A stretch of DNA of 64,000 nt from Bacteroidetes bacterium UBA1941 (GTDB taxonomy: Bacteria; Bacteroidota; Bacteroidia; Chitinophagales; LD1), in contig DDEZ01000002.1 in the NCBI GenBank assembly GCA_002336805.1, positions 32,631 through 96,630 on the forward strand, read 5' to 3'. Position numbers and translations under genes: made by a program. Below are positions 38,722-47,684 of this stretch, one piece after another. Below the pieces are notes generated by a model. The model saw only the letters and a list, made by a program, of their open reading frames with translations, ran no database searches and had not been told where the DNA came from. Numbering within the stretch: position 1 is the first letter of the stretch; each line of letters opens with the position of its first letter.

Positions 38722-40158
38722 TTATTTGATGCCGAGGGCTTTGTCCAGGTCTGCGCGGGATTCGAGTACCGTCCGTACAGCATTGTAATACCTTATCTGG
38801 TTAGTGGTTTGGTCTGATTGTGTCTGCATGAGCTCAAAGCTGGAAGAAACCCCCTCCTTAAATTTGATGCTGCTCTTGGTAAAGATCTTATTATTCAACT
38901 CCATGCTCCGGCGGGCATTTTCTTCTTCTATCAGATTGGTCTGATAGGTAGTGCGCGCAGCCTCTACCTGCAGGGATGATTGATTGCGAAAATTATCAAG
39001 GTCGTTCTTTGCTTTTTGCAGTTCGATCTTCGCTTGTTTTACAGATGCCTCTTTCTGGCCACCATCGTAGATAGGCACCTTGATCGTAAAGCCGACATAG
39101 CTCTGCATAAACCAATTGCTACCAGTGGTGCCATCAGAATAATGCTGCCTTTCAAAGAAATTCTTGACTTGATTGACCTGTGAGCCACCTCCGAAATTTC
39201 CAAAACCATATATGGATGGGTAGTAACCGGCCTTGCGCTGCCTGCGGTCGTAGTCTTTGAGTTTGATAGCAGTCTGTAGCAGATCAGACTCTATGCGCTG
39301 AGATGGATCAAAGCTAGCCGGTAAATCTGATGAAAGCTGCTTGCGTAAAGTTTCTACATCATCTGTCAAAGCGATCTTATCTGTGATCTGCAGGCCCATG
39401 TAGTATTTCAGTGCGGAAAGACTCAGATTGTAGAGGTTGCGTGTATTATTGATCTGGCTCTTCAGATTACTTTGGCCGAGCTCGATCCTATTCACATCCA
39501 GCTCTTCGATCAGGCCGGCTTTGTAGGTCTCGCGCGTATCGTCTACCAGCTTATTCACGATGGCCAGATTTGAGTCCAGGTTGCGCAGGATTTCCCGGGC
39601 CGCCTGCACATCTGCGTAGCTCTTGATTATGCTATACTTTACATCTTGTTCTGTCAGCGCGGTAGTGAGCTGAGAGACTTTCAAAAGAGACTTGAATGTC
39701 TGAATGCCTACAAAAAAGCGAGTATCATATACCAGCTGGTTGAGGTTGACGCCCGTAGAAACGTTATTCTTCAATACAAAGTATAGATCCTTTGGCATAT
39801 CGAGCTTGAATGGGACATACGTTCCTGTCTGGGCGTTTGTGACCGCATCTAAAACAGGGAGTCTTTGCAAACCACTTGGAAAAAGATTGCCAAAGGTAGC
39901 TGTAAATGCAGGGCTGGTAGGGCGTATAATGTAATATGTATAATCAAAATTTGCATTGATCTGCGGCAGACCGTTTGAAAGCAACTCATGATTCCGGGCT
40001 TTAGCCTGCTGCTCACTCAGCTTTGCATTCTTGGCTGAGATGTTATTCTGCACGCCATACTCTATAGCTTGCTTTAGAGAGAAGGTGCGGAAACTTTCGT
40101 TCTGCGCCTGTGCAGCGAGGCTGGCCAGCAGCGTGAAAAGGATAAATACTTTTTTCAT
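38722..40158 (-). CDS. TolC-family outer-membrane efflux channel
   Basis: 478 aa. It has a signal peptide and two tandem OEP repeats with TolC-like coiled-coil segments (LSLKQAIEYGVQNN..., LDKALG). Confidence 0.9.
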   Translation of the reverse strand: MKKVFILFTLLASLAAQAQNESFRTFSLKQAIEYGVQNNISAKNAKLSEQQAKARNHELLSNGLPQINANFDYTYYIIRPTSPAFTATFGNLFPSGLQRLPVLDAVTNAQTGTYVPFKLDMPKDLYFVLKNNVSTGVNLNQLVYDTRFFVGIQTFKSLLKVSQLTTALTEQDVKYSIIKSYADVQAAREILRNLDSNLAIVNKLVDDTRETYKAGLIEELDVNRIELGQSNLKSQINNTRNLYNLSLSALKYYMGLQITDKIALTDDVETLRKQLSSDLPASFDPSQRIESDLLQTAIKLKDYDRRQRKAGYYPSIYGFGNFGGGSQVNQVKNFFERQHYSDGTTGSNWFMQSYVGFTIKVPIYDGGQKEASVKQAKIELQKAKNDLDNFRNQSSLQVEAARTTYQTNLIEEENARRSMELNNKIFTKSSIKFKEGVSSSFELMQTQSDQTTNQIRYYNAVRTVLESRADLDKALGIK

Positions 40159-40772
40159 TCTTCTATCAGTTTGAGGAGTTTGCCCTGCCTGAGCACCTTC
40201 TGGCCCTTCTCTGTCAGTATGCCTGCCAGGTGGTAGTTTACAAACTCCATATACAGTGTATAAAAATGGTAGCGCCGTGACGGAAACCGCTGCTGATCTA
40301 TGAGTATGTCGAGTGCATACACGTAAATGCGTGCCACGATCTCAGGGTTCATATCATCGCGGTAGAGGCCCTCCCTGATGCCTCTTTCGAGGTTTTTCAG
40401 GATATGCTGCAGGGATACTTTCTCGCGATACTCGTTGAATAAGGCGTATGAATCAGGGTAATATTTTTGAAGCTCGGCAAAAACGGACGCGTTGAAGGTC
40501 TGCAGCTCCCTGCTCATATAGGTGAGCATACGTACATTCTCCTCCAAGGCATTTTGGGCATTTTTGCTCACCTCCTCTATCACAGTCACCTCCCGGTCCA
40601 GATAGGATTGCATCACCTTTTTCACCAGGTCGGATTTATTTTGCACGTACTGGTAGATGGTCTTCTTAGACATCCCCAGCTCACGTGCTATATCATCCAT
40701 GGTGAGGTTTTTGACCCCATACCTCAGGAAGAGCTCTGTGCATTTAGCTATGATGGTATTTCTCGTGCCCAT
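40155..40772 (-). CDS. TetR/AcrR-family transcriptional regulator
   Basis: The N-terminal HTH reads IIAKCTELFLRYGVKNLTMDDIARELGMSKKTIYQY. The stop overlaps the tolC-like ATG (ATGA at 40155-40158). Confidence 0.9.
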   Translation of the reverse strand: MGTRNTIIAKCTELFLRYGVKNLTMDDIARELGMSKKTIYQYVQNKSDLVKKVMQSYLDREVTVIEEVSKNAQNALEENVRMLTYMSRELQTFNASVFAELQKYYPDSYALFNEYREKVSLQHILKNLERGIREGLYRDDMNPEIVARIYVYALDILIDQQRFPSRRYHFYTLYMEFVNYHLAGILTEKGQKVLRQGKLLKLIEE

Positions 40773-40812
40773 TTTGTGGATAGCGGGTGCAAAAGTAGGG
40801 AGCAAAAACGAG

Positions 40813-40840
40813 GGAAACAAATATTCTGAAAAATGTTTCC
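40813..40840. promoter_or_regulatory. inverted repeat upstream of the tetR-efflux operon, candidate TetR operator
   Basis: GGAAACA, 14 nt, then TGTTTCC lies 41-68 nt upstream of the TetR ATG at 40772. The arms are only 7 bp. Confidence 0.25.
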
Positions 40841-40967
40841 TTAGTTTCCTGTGCGGACAGGCCTAAAATGTGGTTGAAACGTAGGTATAGCCTGATTGGG
40901 CATTTTTTCGAAATGCATCACATTAGCATCAGATTAAATGTGATAATGACAAATGAGTAAATGCGGG

Positions 40968-41741
40968 TTAGTTGCCTAGTTTCACATGTACGGGACAATG
41001 ATCTGAGTGTACGGCATCTTGATAGATACTCGCAGATAGCACCTTGTCTTTCAGGTTCTTAGTCACAGAGATATAGTCTATTCGCCAGCCTTTGTTGTTG
41101 GCCCGGGAGTTGGCCCTATAGCTCCACCAGGAGTACTGATGCGGGTCCGTGCAGATGTGCCGAAAAGTGTCTACAAAGCCCGACTCGAAAAACTTGCTCA
41201 TCCAGGCGCGTTCTTCAGGCTTAAATCCAGAAGTATCTTTATTAGAGACTGGATTATGTATGTCTATCTCGGTGTGAGCGATGTTATAGTCTCCGCAGAT
41301 CACGATCTTGGGACGGGTTTTCTGCAGGTCATGGATATAGTCAAAGAAATCATCGAGGTATTTCATCTTGACCGACTGGCGCTCGTCTCCGGTAGTACCA
41401 CTGGGAAAGTATGCACTCATGATACTCAGGTCGCCTATATCTATGCGGATATTGCGCCCCTCGTCATCATAGGCTTTGATACCACAGCCTTTCACTACAG
41501 CATCCGGCTGTATGCGCGTCAGGATAGCTACGCCGCTGTAGCCCTTTTTGACAGCCGGAAAGGTATAGCTCTCATAGCCCAGCTGGCGAAACACGGATGT
41601 GTCAAATGCATCATCATCAGCCTTGATCTCCTGCAGGCAGAGCACATCGCAGGGGTGCTCCCGCAGCCAGTCCAGCAGGCCGTTTTTGATCGCAGCGCGT
41701 ACGCCATTCACATTATAGGAGACGATATTGAGGTCTGGCAT
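40968..41741 (-). CDS. xth: exodeoxyribonuclease III
   Basis: 257 aa with IVSYNVNGVRA, LCLQEIK, ICGDYNIAH and SDHCPV. Confidence 0.9.
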   Translation of the reverse strand: MPDLNIVSYNVNGVRAAIKNGLLDWLREHPCDVLCLQEIKADDDAFDTSVFRQLGYESYTFPAVKKGYSGVAILTRIQPDAVVKGCGIKAYDDEGRNIRIDIGDLSIMSAYFPSGTTGDERQSVKMKYLDDFFDYIHDLQKTRPKIVICGDYNIAHTEIDIHNPVSNKDTSGFKPEERAWMSKFFESGFVDTFRHICTDPHQYSWWSYRANSRANNKGWRIDYISVTKNLKDKVLSASIYQDAVHSDHCPVHVKLGN

Positions 41742-41803
41742 TGTTATGTATTAAACTACTGTAAGGATAAATATTTTCGCGGTATATCCGTCCCTAGCTA
41801 GAT

Positions 41804-42799
41804 ATGGCCGACATCACATACATAAAAAACGAAACCCTCCCGGTGATACTGGAAGGCTGGCAGGGAAACCCCACCAGCGGCAAACGCTTCTTTGATCCGC
41901 AGAAAAGATTTAGCGGCTCCTTCTCTAAGGTGCTGAAGTGGCAGACCTCTGCCAGGCCCAAGGCCGCAGAAAAGAAAGCAGACACCTGGCGCGTAAACGT
42001 GGTCAAGGACAAGAAGTTTCTGGCGTCTAAGGAAGATTGTATTGTTTGGCTGGGCCACGCCAGTTTCTATATCCGTATCAATGGTGTACAGATCATCACT
42101 GATCCTGTGTTCTATACTTTGGGAGGCTTTGTGAAAAGGTATAGCGAGCTGCCGTGTGCAGTGAGCGATTTTCGCGATATAGACTATGTACTGCTCTCTC
42201 ACGGACACCGTGACCACTGTGACCGTCGTAGCCTGCGCGAGCTGTATACAAACAATAAATTTGAGCTCCTGACAGGATTGAATATCGGAAAGCTCGTGTC
42301 CGGATGGCTCCCGGGGCTGAAATATCAGGAGGCGGGATGGTATCAGCCATATGCCGATCTCAAAGGAGGGCTGATGGTGACCTACCTCCCTGCACAGCAC
42401 TGGAGCAACCGATATCCGTGGGATCTCAATGAGACGCTGTGGGGCTCTATGATGATAGAGGGCGATAAGACCATATTCTTTGGTGGTGACTCTGGTTACT
42501 GTGATTATCCGGGCCAGATACAAGGCCTGTTTCCCTCTATAGACTATGCTATGATAGGTGTAGGTGCCTATACTCCTGACTTTATGATGCAGGACGTGCA
42601 TACGAGCCCGTGGGAGGCGCTACAGGTGATAAAAGACTTGGGCGCCAGGTCTTTTATCCCGATGCATTACGGCACGTATGACCTGGCCGATGAGCCCATG
42701 GGAGAGCCATTCAGACTGCTCAATCAGTATAAACATGACGAAGGTCACAAGGTCGCGATCGAAATACTAGACATAGGTGTTTCCTTATCCATATTTTGA
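41804..42799 (+). CDS. MBL-fold metallo-hydrolase (NAPE-PLD-like)
   Basis: 331 aa with VWLGHASFYIRINGVQIITDPVF and the metallo-beta-lactamase motif LLSHGHRDHCD. Confidence 0.8.
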   Translation: MADITYIKNETLPVILEGWQGNPTSGKRFFDPQKRFSGSFSKVLKWQTSARPKAAEKKADTWRVNVVKDKKFLASKEDCIVWLGHASFYIRINGVQIITDPVFYTLGGFVKRYSELPCAVSDFRDIDYVLLSHGHRDHCDRRSLRELYTNNKFELLTGLNIGKLVSGWLPGLKYQEAGWYQPYADLKGGLMVTYLPAQHWSNRYPWDLNETLWGSMMIEGDKTIFFGGDSGYCDYPGQIQGLFPSIDYAMIGVGAYTPDFMMQDVHTSPWEALQVIKDLGARSFIPMHYGTYDLADEPMGEPFRLLNQYKHDEGHKVAIEILDIGVSLSIF

Positions 42800-42872
42800 C
42801 AAAAAATGTTGATAATCACTAGGTTTTAACGGGAGAGGAATATATTTTTACTCACCCCATTTATCATGCCTC

Positions 42873-43049
42873 ATGTCAGTAACTAAGATTCAACCAGCCA
42901 AGATCCGGGCCATCCATAGCTGTCCTAAGTGCGGAGAAGATCTCACCCGCATCAGCAAATCTACAATAGATAGAGTGGTAGATGTCCTGGTACCGATAGG
43001 ACGTTATAAATGCTATCGCTGCCTGCGTGAGTTTACACGTATACTCTAG
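42873..43049 (+). CDS. small zinc-ribbon protein (58 aa), not in the ORF track
   Basis: Hand translation gives MSVTKIQPAKIRAIHSCPKCGEDLTRISKSTIDRVVDVLVPIGRYKCYRCLREFTRIL. It has two CxxC pairs 27 residues apart. The ORF fills most of the gap between the MBL hydrolase and ybeY, and its stop abuts the ybeY stop. Confidence 0.45.
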   Translation: MSVTKIQPAKIRAIHSCPKCGEDLTRISKSTIDRVVDVLVPIGRYKCYRCLREFTRIL

Positions 43050-43478
43050 TTATAGAGTCCGGTCAAACAAGCGGAGCCATTCTTCCTCTTTGCCCCTCAT
43101 TTGTTTTTCCTGTGCTTTCGTTTTGTCTTTATAGCCTGCCAGGTGCAGTGCCCCGTGAAATATCACACGTAGTAGCTCCTCCTGCTCCGTGGCTTTGTGC
43201 CGCTTTGCATTGTCCGCCACGCGGTCTATACTGATGTAAATCTCAGACGCTACACTGCTATCATTTTCACTGAGGGGGAAGGTAATAATATCGGTATAGT
43301 AGTCATGCTGCAGGAAGCTCCTGTTGATGCCCAGCAGGTATTCATCAGAGCAAAACACATATGTAGCAGAGAGTTTCTTGCCACACTCCTGGAGGAATGT
43401 ATCGGCTATAAATTTCTTGAGAACAGTCTTGTTCTTCAGCTTAAACGATATGTCTGCATTGTGAAACGAGATGGCCAT
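43050..43478 (-). CDS. ybeY: rRNA maturation endoribonuclease YbeY
   Basis: 142 aa with the zinc motif HGALHLAGYKD. Confidence 0.9.
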   Translation of the reverse strand: MAISFHNADISFKLKNKTVLKKFIADTFLQECGKKLSATYVFCSDEYLLGINRSFLQHDYYTDIITFPLSENDSSVASEIYISIDRVADNAKRHKATEQEELLRVIFHGALHLAGYKDKTKAQEKQMRGKEEEWLRLFDRTL

Positions 43479-43485
43479 GATCTGA

Positions 43486-43899
43486 TCAGATCCTGAACTT
43501 CATCTCTACAGTAGAGCCATTGCCCGAGAAAACGACGAGATCTGCGAGCTGCATCATCAGAAACACACCACGCCCGCAAGGCTTGTCTATGTTTTCCGGA
43601 GCTGTAGGATCTGCGAGATTATTGTAGTCAAAGCCTTTGCCCTGATCCTTTACGGTGAAGGTCAGATTTTTGCCACGCTCATCAGGAGTCACAGATATCT
43701 CTACTGTCTTAGATGGATCGCATCCATTGCCGTGGATGATCGCATTATTTGCGGCCTCCGTGAGGGAGATCAGTATATTGCCAAATGCATCATCAGCGAC
43801 ATTATATTTTTCGCGCACCTCCTCTATGAAGGATTCTACCTGCGCGATATTCAGTGGGTCAGATGTGATCGTAATGGTTTCCAAAATTGCGATATTCAT
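43486..43899 (-). CDS. small GHKL ATPase, anti-sigma-factor serine kinase-like (RsbW/SpoIIAB-like)
   Basis: 137 aa with an N-box (EAANNAIIHGN) and G-box-like motifs (DQGKGF, GRGVFLM). No STAS or sigma partner is adjacent. Confidence 0.65.
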   Translation of the reverse strand: MNIAILETITITSDPLNIAQVESFIEEVREKYNVADDAFGNILISLTEAANNAIIHGNGCDPSKTVEISVTPDERGKNLTFTVKDQGKGFDYNNLADPTAPENIDKPCGRGVFLMMQLADLVVFSGNGSTVEMKFRI

Positions 43900-43970
43900 A
43901 CAAATATATAATTGCCCCCGCGTTTAACAAATAATTGTGGACAATGGCTTGTTAAAAGCCACACCAGCAT

Positions 43971-46900
43971 CTAGTTGCTACCTGCTATGGTTTTAAAATA
44001 CTTCTCGGCAAGGGTTTTATAGTAGGGTTTCAGAGCTGGTGGTACCGTCTTATACCAGTCCACCTCGACCTGTTTCTGCTTCAGATACTCCTCCAGTGAT
44101 GGTGGCATCTTGCGCTCCTGGTCTTTGCCGGTGTTGGATTCGCGTTCGGGTTTCTCTCCGCGCTCCTTATCAGCCTTCTCTGCTTCGAGCAGGCGGGTCA
44201 GGATCTCCTGCTGCCGGCGCTGCATCTCCGTAGTGATACGTTTATTGACCAAATCTGTTTCATTTTGCTCCATCTGCTGTATGGCCTGATCGAGCCCCTT
44301 GAGGCCGCCCTTGCCCGCTTTCTTCTCTTCAGCATTCAGGCGCTCCAGCTCGCGGCGCATCTGTGCCTGCTGCGCAGCCATCTCTGCAAATTGCTTGCTC
44401 ATACCATTCTGACCCTGCTGACCTCCGGGCTTCTCCCCCGGTTTTTGCCCCTCGCCTTTTTTCATTTGCTCTGCCAGTTGTGATATCTTGTCACTCAGCT
44501 GTTTCTGCATCTTAGACATGTTAGGCAGGCCATTGCCGGGTTTTTTGCACTTAGAGCACATGCGGGGGGTGCCATCTTTAGGATTGCTCTGAGACTCCTG
44601 CTGCTGCATATCCTGCTGGGTCTCACTGAGCATGAGGGCCAGGTTGTTATATCCTGTCATCACATACTGCTGGTCGCCGGCGGCTTTGAAGGTATTGCGG
44701 TCTTCCATCTCCGCTATAGACTTTCCCAGATATTTATTGATGTCCGTCATCTGCTTGGTCACAAATGACTCTATGCGAAACACCCTCTTGGCCAGTGCAT
44801 AGAGACTGTCCTCTACCATCACAGAGTTCTCCTTGATGCGCTGTTGCTCTTTCATCATATCTACGTACTTCGGCGTATTGATATTGATCGTCTTGAGCTG
44901 GCCCATCAGCCGCTCCTGGTCAAAGGAGAGCGACAGGATATTCTTGAGAAGCTGGCGCAGGGCAGCCATATCCTCAGACTCCTCCTCCTGCTCCATGCTT
45001 TGTTTCATCTTTGCCATCTTTTTGGCTGCCTCTTTCATATTGCCAGCCGCAGACTTCTGACTCTTAGATGCTTTTGAGTTTTGATTTTGAGACATGTTTT
45101 GCTCGGCATCCTGCTGGTCCTGCTCGGCCTGATTCATATCCTGCTCGGCGCCCTTCATGTCTTCGCTGTTCTTGGTTTCTTCATTGAGCTTTTTCAGCTC
45201 AGCCATTTCTTTTTGGGCATCTTTTGTGTCCTGGCTCAGTTTGTCCTGCTTGGCTTTGAGGTCTTCTTTTTTGCTGTCTGCGCTTTTGCCGTCTTTGTTA
45301 TCTTTTCCGTCCTTATTTTCTGCCTTCTGGTCTTTACCCTTTTGATCTTCTTTTTTATCTCCAGCCTTGTCGTTCTTCTTATCTGTCTCTGCCGCTAGCT
45401 TTTCCTGGTCTGCGGCCAGCTTCTCCAGCTTGGCTATCTGCTCCTGTAGCTTCTGGTCAAACTCCAGCTTCTTGAAAAGCTCCAGCATACGGTCTAGTTC
45501 TTTCTCTATCTTTTCATTGTTAGCTTTCATGTCTTCCATCTTGTCGATGGCGTCTTTCTTCGTCATTTCATCGAGCATCTTTTCCAGCTTCTCCATGAGC
45601 TTTTTCATCTCATCGTTCATCACGTTATTGGCCAGGTCTTGCAGCTGCTTTTGTTTTTCCCTGATGCTTTCGTCCAGCTCCTTGTACTCGTTTTGCTTCT
45701 CTGTGTTTTTGCTAAACTTATCTTTCATCTCTGACAGCTCTTTCTGCAGGTCCTTTTGCTTCTGCATCATATCCGCCATATTCTTCTTGTCGTCCCAGTT
45801 CAGGTTCTTTTTATCCATCATTTTGTCCTGCATGTCCTGGAGTTTGTTCTTCAGGTCATGGGCATCCTTCATGGTCTGCTTGATATCATCTTTGATCTCT
45901 TTATTGTCCTGAGCCAGCTGCTTGTCTATCTCCTTCATGGTCGGCATGTCAAATTTCATCAGCGCCGATTTCATTGACTTGCTACCGTGTATACCATCAT
46001 TATCCCACACCTCAAAGTAGTAGCTCATCCTGTCTCCGGGCTTGATACCCAGCTCAGCCATATTCCAGTAGTAGTTAAACCGGGATGCTGCACCTGCTGT
46101 GAATGGTACATCTACAGCTTTTGACACATCTCCTGCACCGGAGTCGGCACGCTCTATCTGATAGGTGAAGGTGAGCCTACGCAGGCCATAGTCATCAGAT
46201 ACATCTCCGAGGTAGTAGAAGTAGTGGTCATTAGCCGAGTCGCGGTTTTCCTGCACATTGATCACAGGATAGAGGTCTGGTACCACAGTCAGTGAGTAGA
46301 ATACGGAGTCTGCGTTTTTTACCTCTGCGTTAGAAACCTTGATGCCATAGCTGCCTCCCTGTAGCGCAGTCCTGGAGAAGGTAAACAGGCCATCACCGGC
46401 GCGCTTGGTAGGATAGAGGCTATCGCCCAGTTTAAAAGTGATATCCTCTGTATTGCGCGCATCAAAACGCCACACCAGCCTGGTGCCATATGGCACGGTC
46501 AGGTCGCCTACGTTTTTGATCTTCTCATTCTGTTTGCCCGTATAGGCCGGGTACTCAGCTGCGATCTCAAAGCCTGAGACCACAGGCTTGGCTGTCACTG
46601 TCAGCGCAAACTCTTTAGACTTAAATCCATTTGCACTGAGATGAAACGGAGTTGTCTTCTGCACATTCACAAACTCGTGAACAAAGAGGTTCTTCTCTTT
46701 CTGACGTAGCTTGAATATGCCGCTTTCTGTCTCCAGGTACATTTCGCTCGGCTGTGCATCGCCACTGGTCGTGACCTCCAGGTCATAGTTGTCAAACTGT
46801 AGGGCCGTGAGATTTTTATTCTTTACTACAAAATGGAACGGCGCCTCTTTTTCAAACGTGGTATCGTTGTGATAGAGTCGCTGAGTGCCTTGCTTGATGA

Positions 46901-47432
46901 TATTAGGTGCGGCTATGATGATAAACAGGAATAGTAACACCGGTGGCACGAGAAACTTAGCATAGCGGCGGTTTTGACGTAGGTCTATCGCGTTTGTAAA
47001 AGTGATCGGCTTCAGCTCTGTGATCTTCTGATTGATACTTGCATTGACCAGCGAGTAGTCTTCGAGCGTAGCGAGCTTTTTGAGCTGTAGCACATTGAGC
47101 AGTTTATCCTTCACCTCCGCAAAGTGGCTACCGATGATGTTGGCGGCCTGCTCATGTGATATTACTTTGCCCAGGCGGTACTGATGCAGCAGTGGCAGCA
47201 TGAGAAAACGGCCTACAAAGGCAAGTGATGAAAGGATAAAACCAAAGAATAGCACTTTGCGCAGGCTAGGTGAGAGATAGAGATAGTACTCCATCAGGTT
47301 GATGGCCAGGAAGAAGCCAAGCACATAGATCACAGAGAATATACCACCGCGGATCGCCTCGTTGGTGTAATACTTTCGAATAAAGCGATCGAGATTCTCG
47401 ATCAGGGATTGATATTGACGATTGATTTCCAC
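43971..47432 (-). CDS. large membrane-anchored protein with a hyper-charged coiled-coil region (DUF4175-like)
   Basis: 1153 aa. It has N-terminal TM helices (GGIFSVIYVLGFFLAINL..., VLFFGFILSSLAFVG..., FLVPPVLLFLFIIIAAP), a beta-rich middle part, a roughly 330-aa K/E/D/Q/M-rich low-complexity segment, and a second Q/K/G-rich segment. The DUF4175 name is from memory only. Confidence 0.6.
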   Translation of the reverse strand: MEINRQYQSLIENLDRFIRKYYTNEAIRGGIFSVIYVLGFFLAINLMEYYLYLSPSLRKVLFFGFILSSLAFVGRFLMLPLLHQYRLGKVISHEQAANIIGSHFAEVKDKLLNVLQLKKLATLEDYSLVNASINQKITELKPITFTNAIDLRQNRRYAKFLVPPVLLFLFIIIAAPNIIKQGTQRLYHNDTTFEKEAPFHFVVKNKNLTALQFDNYDLEVTTSGDAQPSEMYLETESGIFKLRQKEKNLFVHEFVNVQKTTPFHLSANGFKSKEFALTVTAKPVVSGFEIAAEYPAYTGKQNEKIKNVGDLTVPYGTRLVWRFDARNTEDITFKLGDSLYPTKRAGDGLFTFSRTALQGGSYGIKVSNAEVKNADSVFYSLTVVPDLYPVINVQENRDSANDHYFYYLGDVSDDYGLRRLTFTYQIERADSGAGDVSKAVDVPFTAGAASRFNYYWNMAELGIKPGDRMSYYFEVWDNDGIHGSKSMKSALMKFDMPTMKEIDKQLAQDNKEIKDDIKQTMKDAHDLKNKLQDMQDKMMDKKNLNWDDKKNMADMMQKQKDLQKELSEMKDKFSKNTEKQNEYKELDESIREKQKQLQDLANNVMNDEMKKLMEKLEKMLDEMTKKDAIDKMEDMKANNEKIEKELDRMLELFKKLEFDQKLQEQIAKLEKLAADQEKLAAETDKKNDKAGDKKEDQKGKDQKAENKDGKDNKDGKSADSKKEDLKAKQDKLSQDTKDAQKEMAELKKLNEETKNSEDMKGAEQDMNQAEQDQQDAEQNMSQNQNSKASKSQKSAAGNMKEAAKKMAKMKQSMEQEEESEDMAALRQLLKNILSLSFDQERLMGQLKTININTPKYVDMMKEQQRIKENSVMVEDSLYALAKRVFRIESFVTKQMTDINKYLGKSIAEMEDRNTFKAAGDQQYVMTGYNNLALMLSETQQDMQQQESQSNPKDGTPRMCSKCKKPGNGLPNMSKMQKQLSDKISQLAEQMKKGEGQKPGEKPGGQQGQNGMSKQFAEMAAQQAQMRRELERLNAEEKKAGKGGLKGLDQAIQQMEQNETDLVNKRITTEMQRRQQEILTRLLEAEKADKERGEKPERESNTGKDQERKMPPSLEEYLKQKQVEVDWYKTVPPALKPYYKTLAEKYFKTIAGSN

Positions 47433-47684
47433 TATTCTGTTTTACTGCGGTGTCAAGACCTTGTATCTATAACGGCAAAATGCCACGGCAAGACACACTA
47501 CACCTCATAATTATAGCTCCGAATGTAGCGCAAAAAAAGACAGGTAGGTTGTTAAGCATTGTTACTGGAATCCGCAGCCGCCTCCAGAGGTGTTTACCAT
47601 TTAGTGCAGAGGCGAAATGTATGCTCACATGTGTCTGGACAGCTATGTCTTTCTGACTAAATTGCCCGCTATTATCTGAGAAAC

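Noticed and set aside
40917-40944. The hairpin ATCACATT, 12 nt, AATGTGAT downstream of xth, considered as a terminator.
   Set aside because: The stem is AT-rich and only 8 bp, and no T-run follows on the xth (minus) strand. This is too weak to call.
41798-42601. A 267-aa minus-strand ORF overlaps the MBL hydrolase gene.
   Set aside because: The plus-strand frame carries an unambiguous metallo-beta-lactamase motif (HGHRDHCD) and a sensible length. The antisense ORF has no recognisable motif and an odd composition.
45081-45912. Several plus-strand ORFs (45081-45398, 45157-45345, 45367-45912, 45756-45977) encode Ser/Phe/Leu-rich low-complexity peptides.
   Set aside because: They are the antisense reading of the purine-rich K/E/D/Q tract of the 1153-aa minus-strand gene. 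Their composition mirrors the sense strand and they have no independent signals.
47450-47656. A 68-aa ORF in the divergent spacer between the large coiled-coil protein gene and lpxD.
   Set aside because: The sequence (MSRPCIYNGKMPRQDTLHLIII...) has no motif, signal or conserved-looking features, and it occupies a likely promoter region. I treat it as non-coding.
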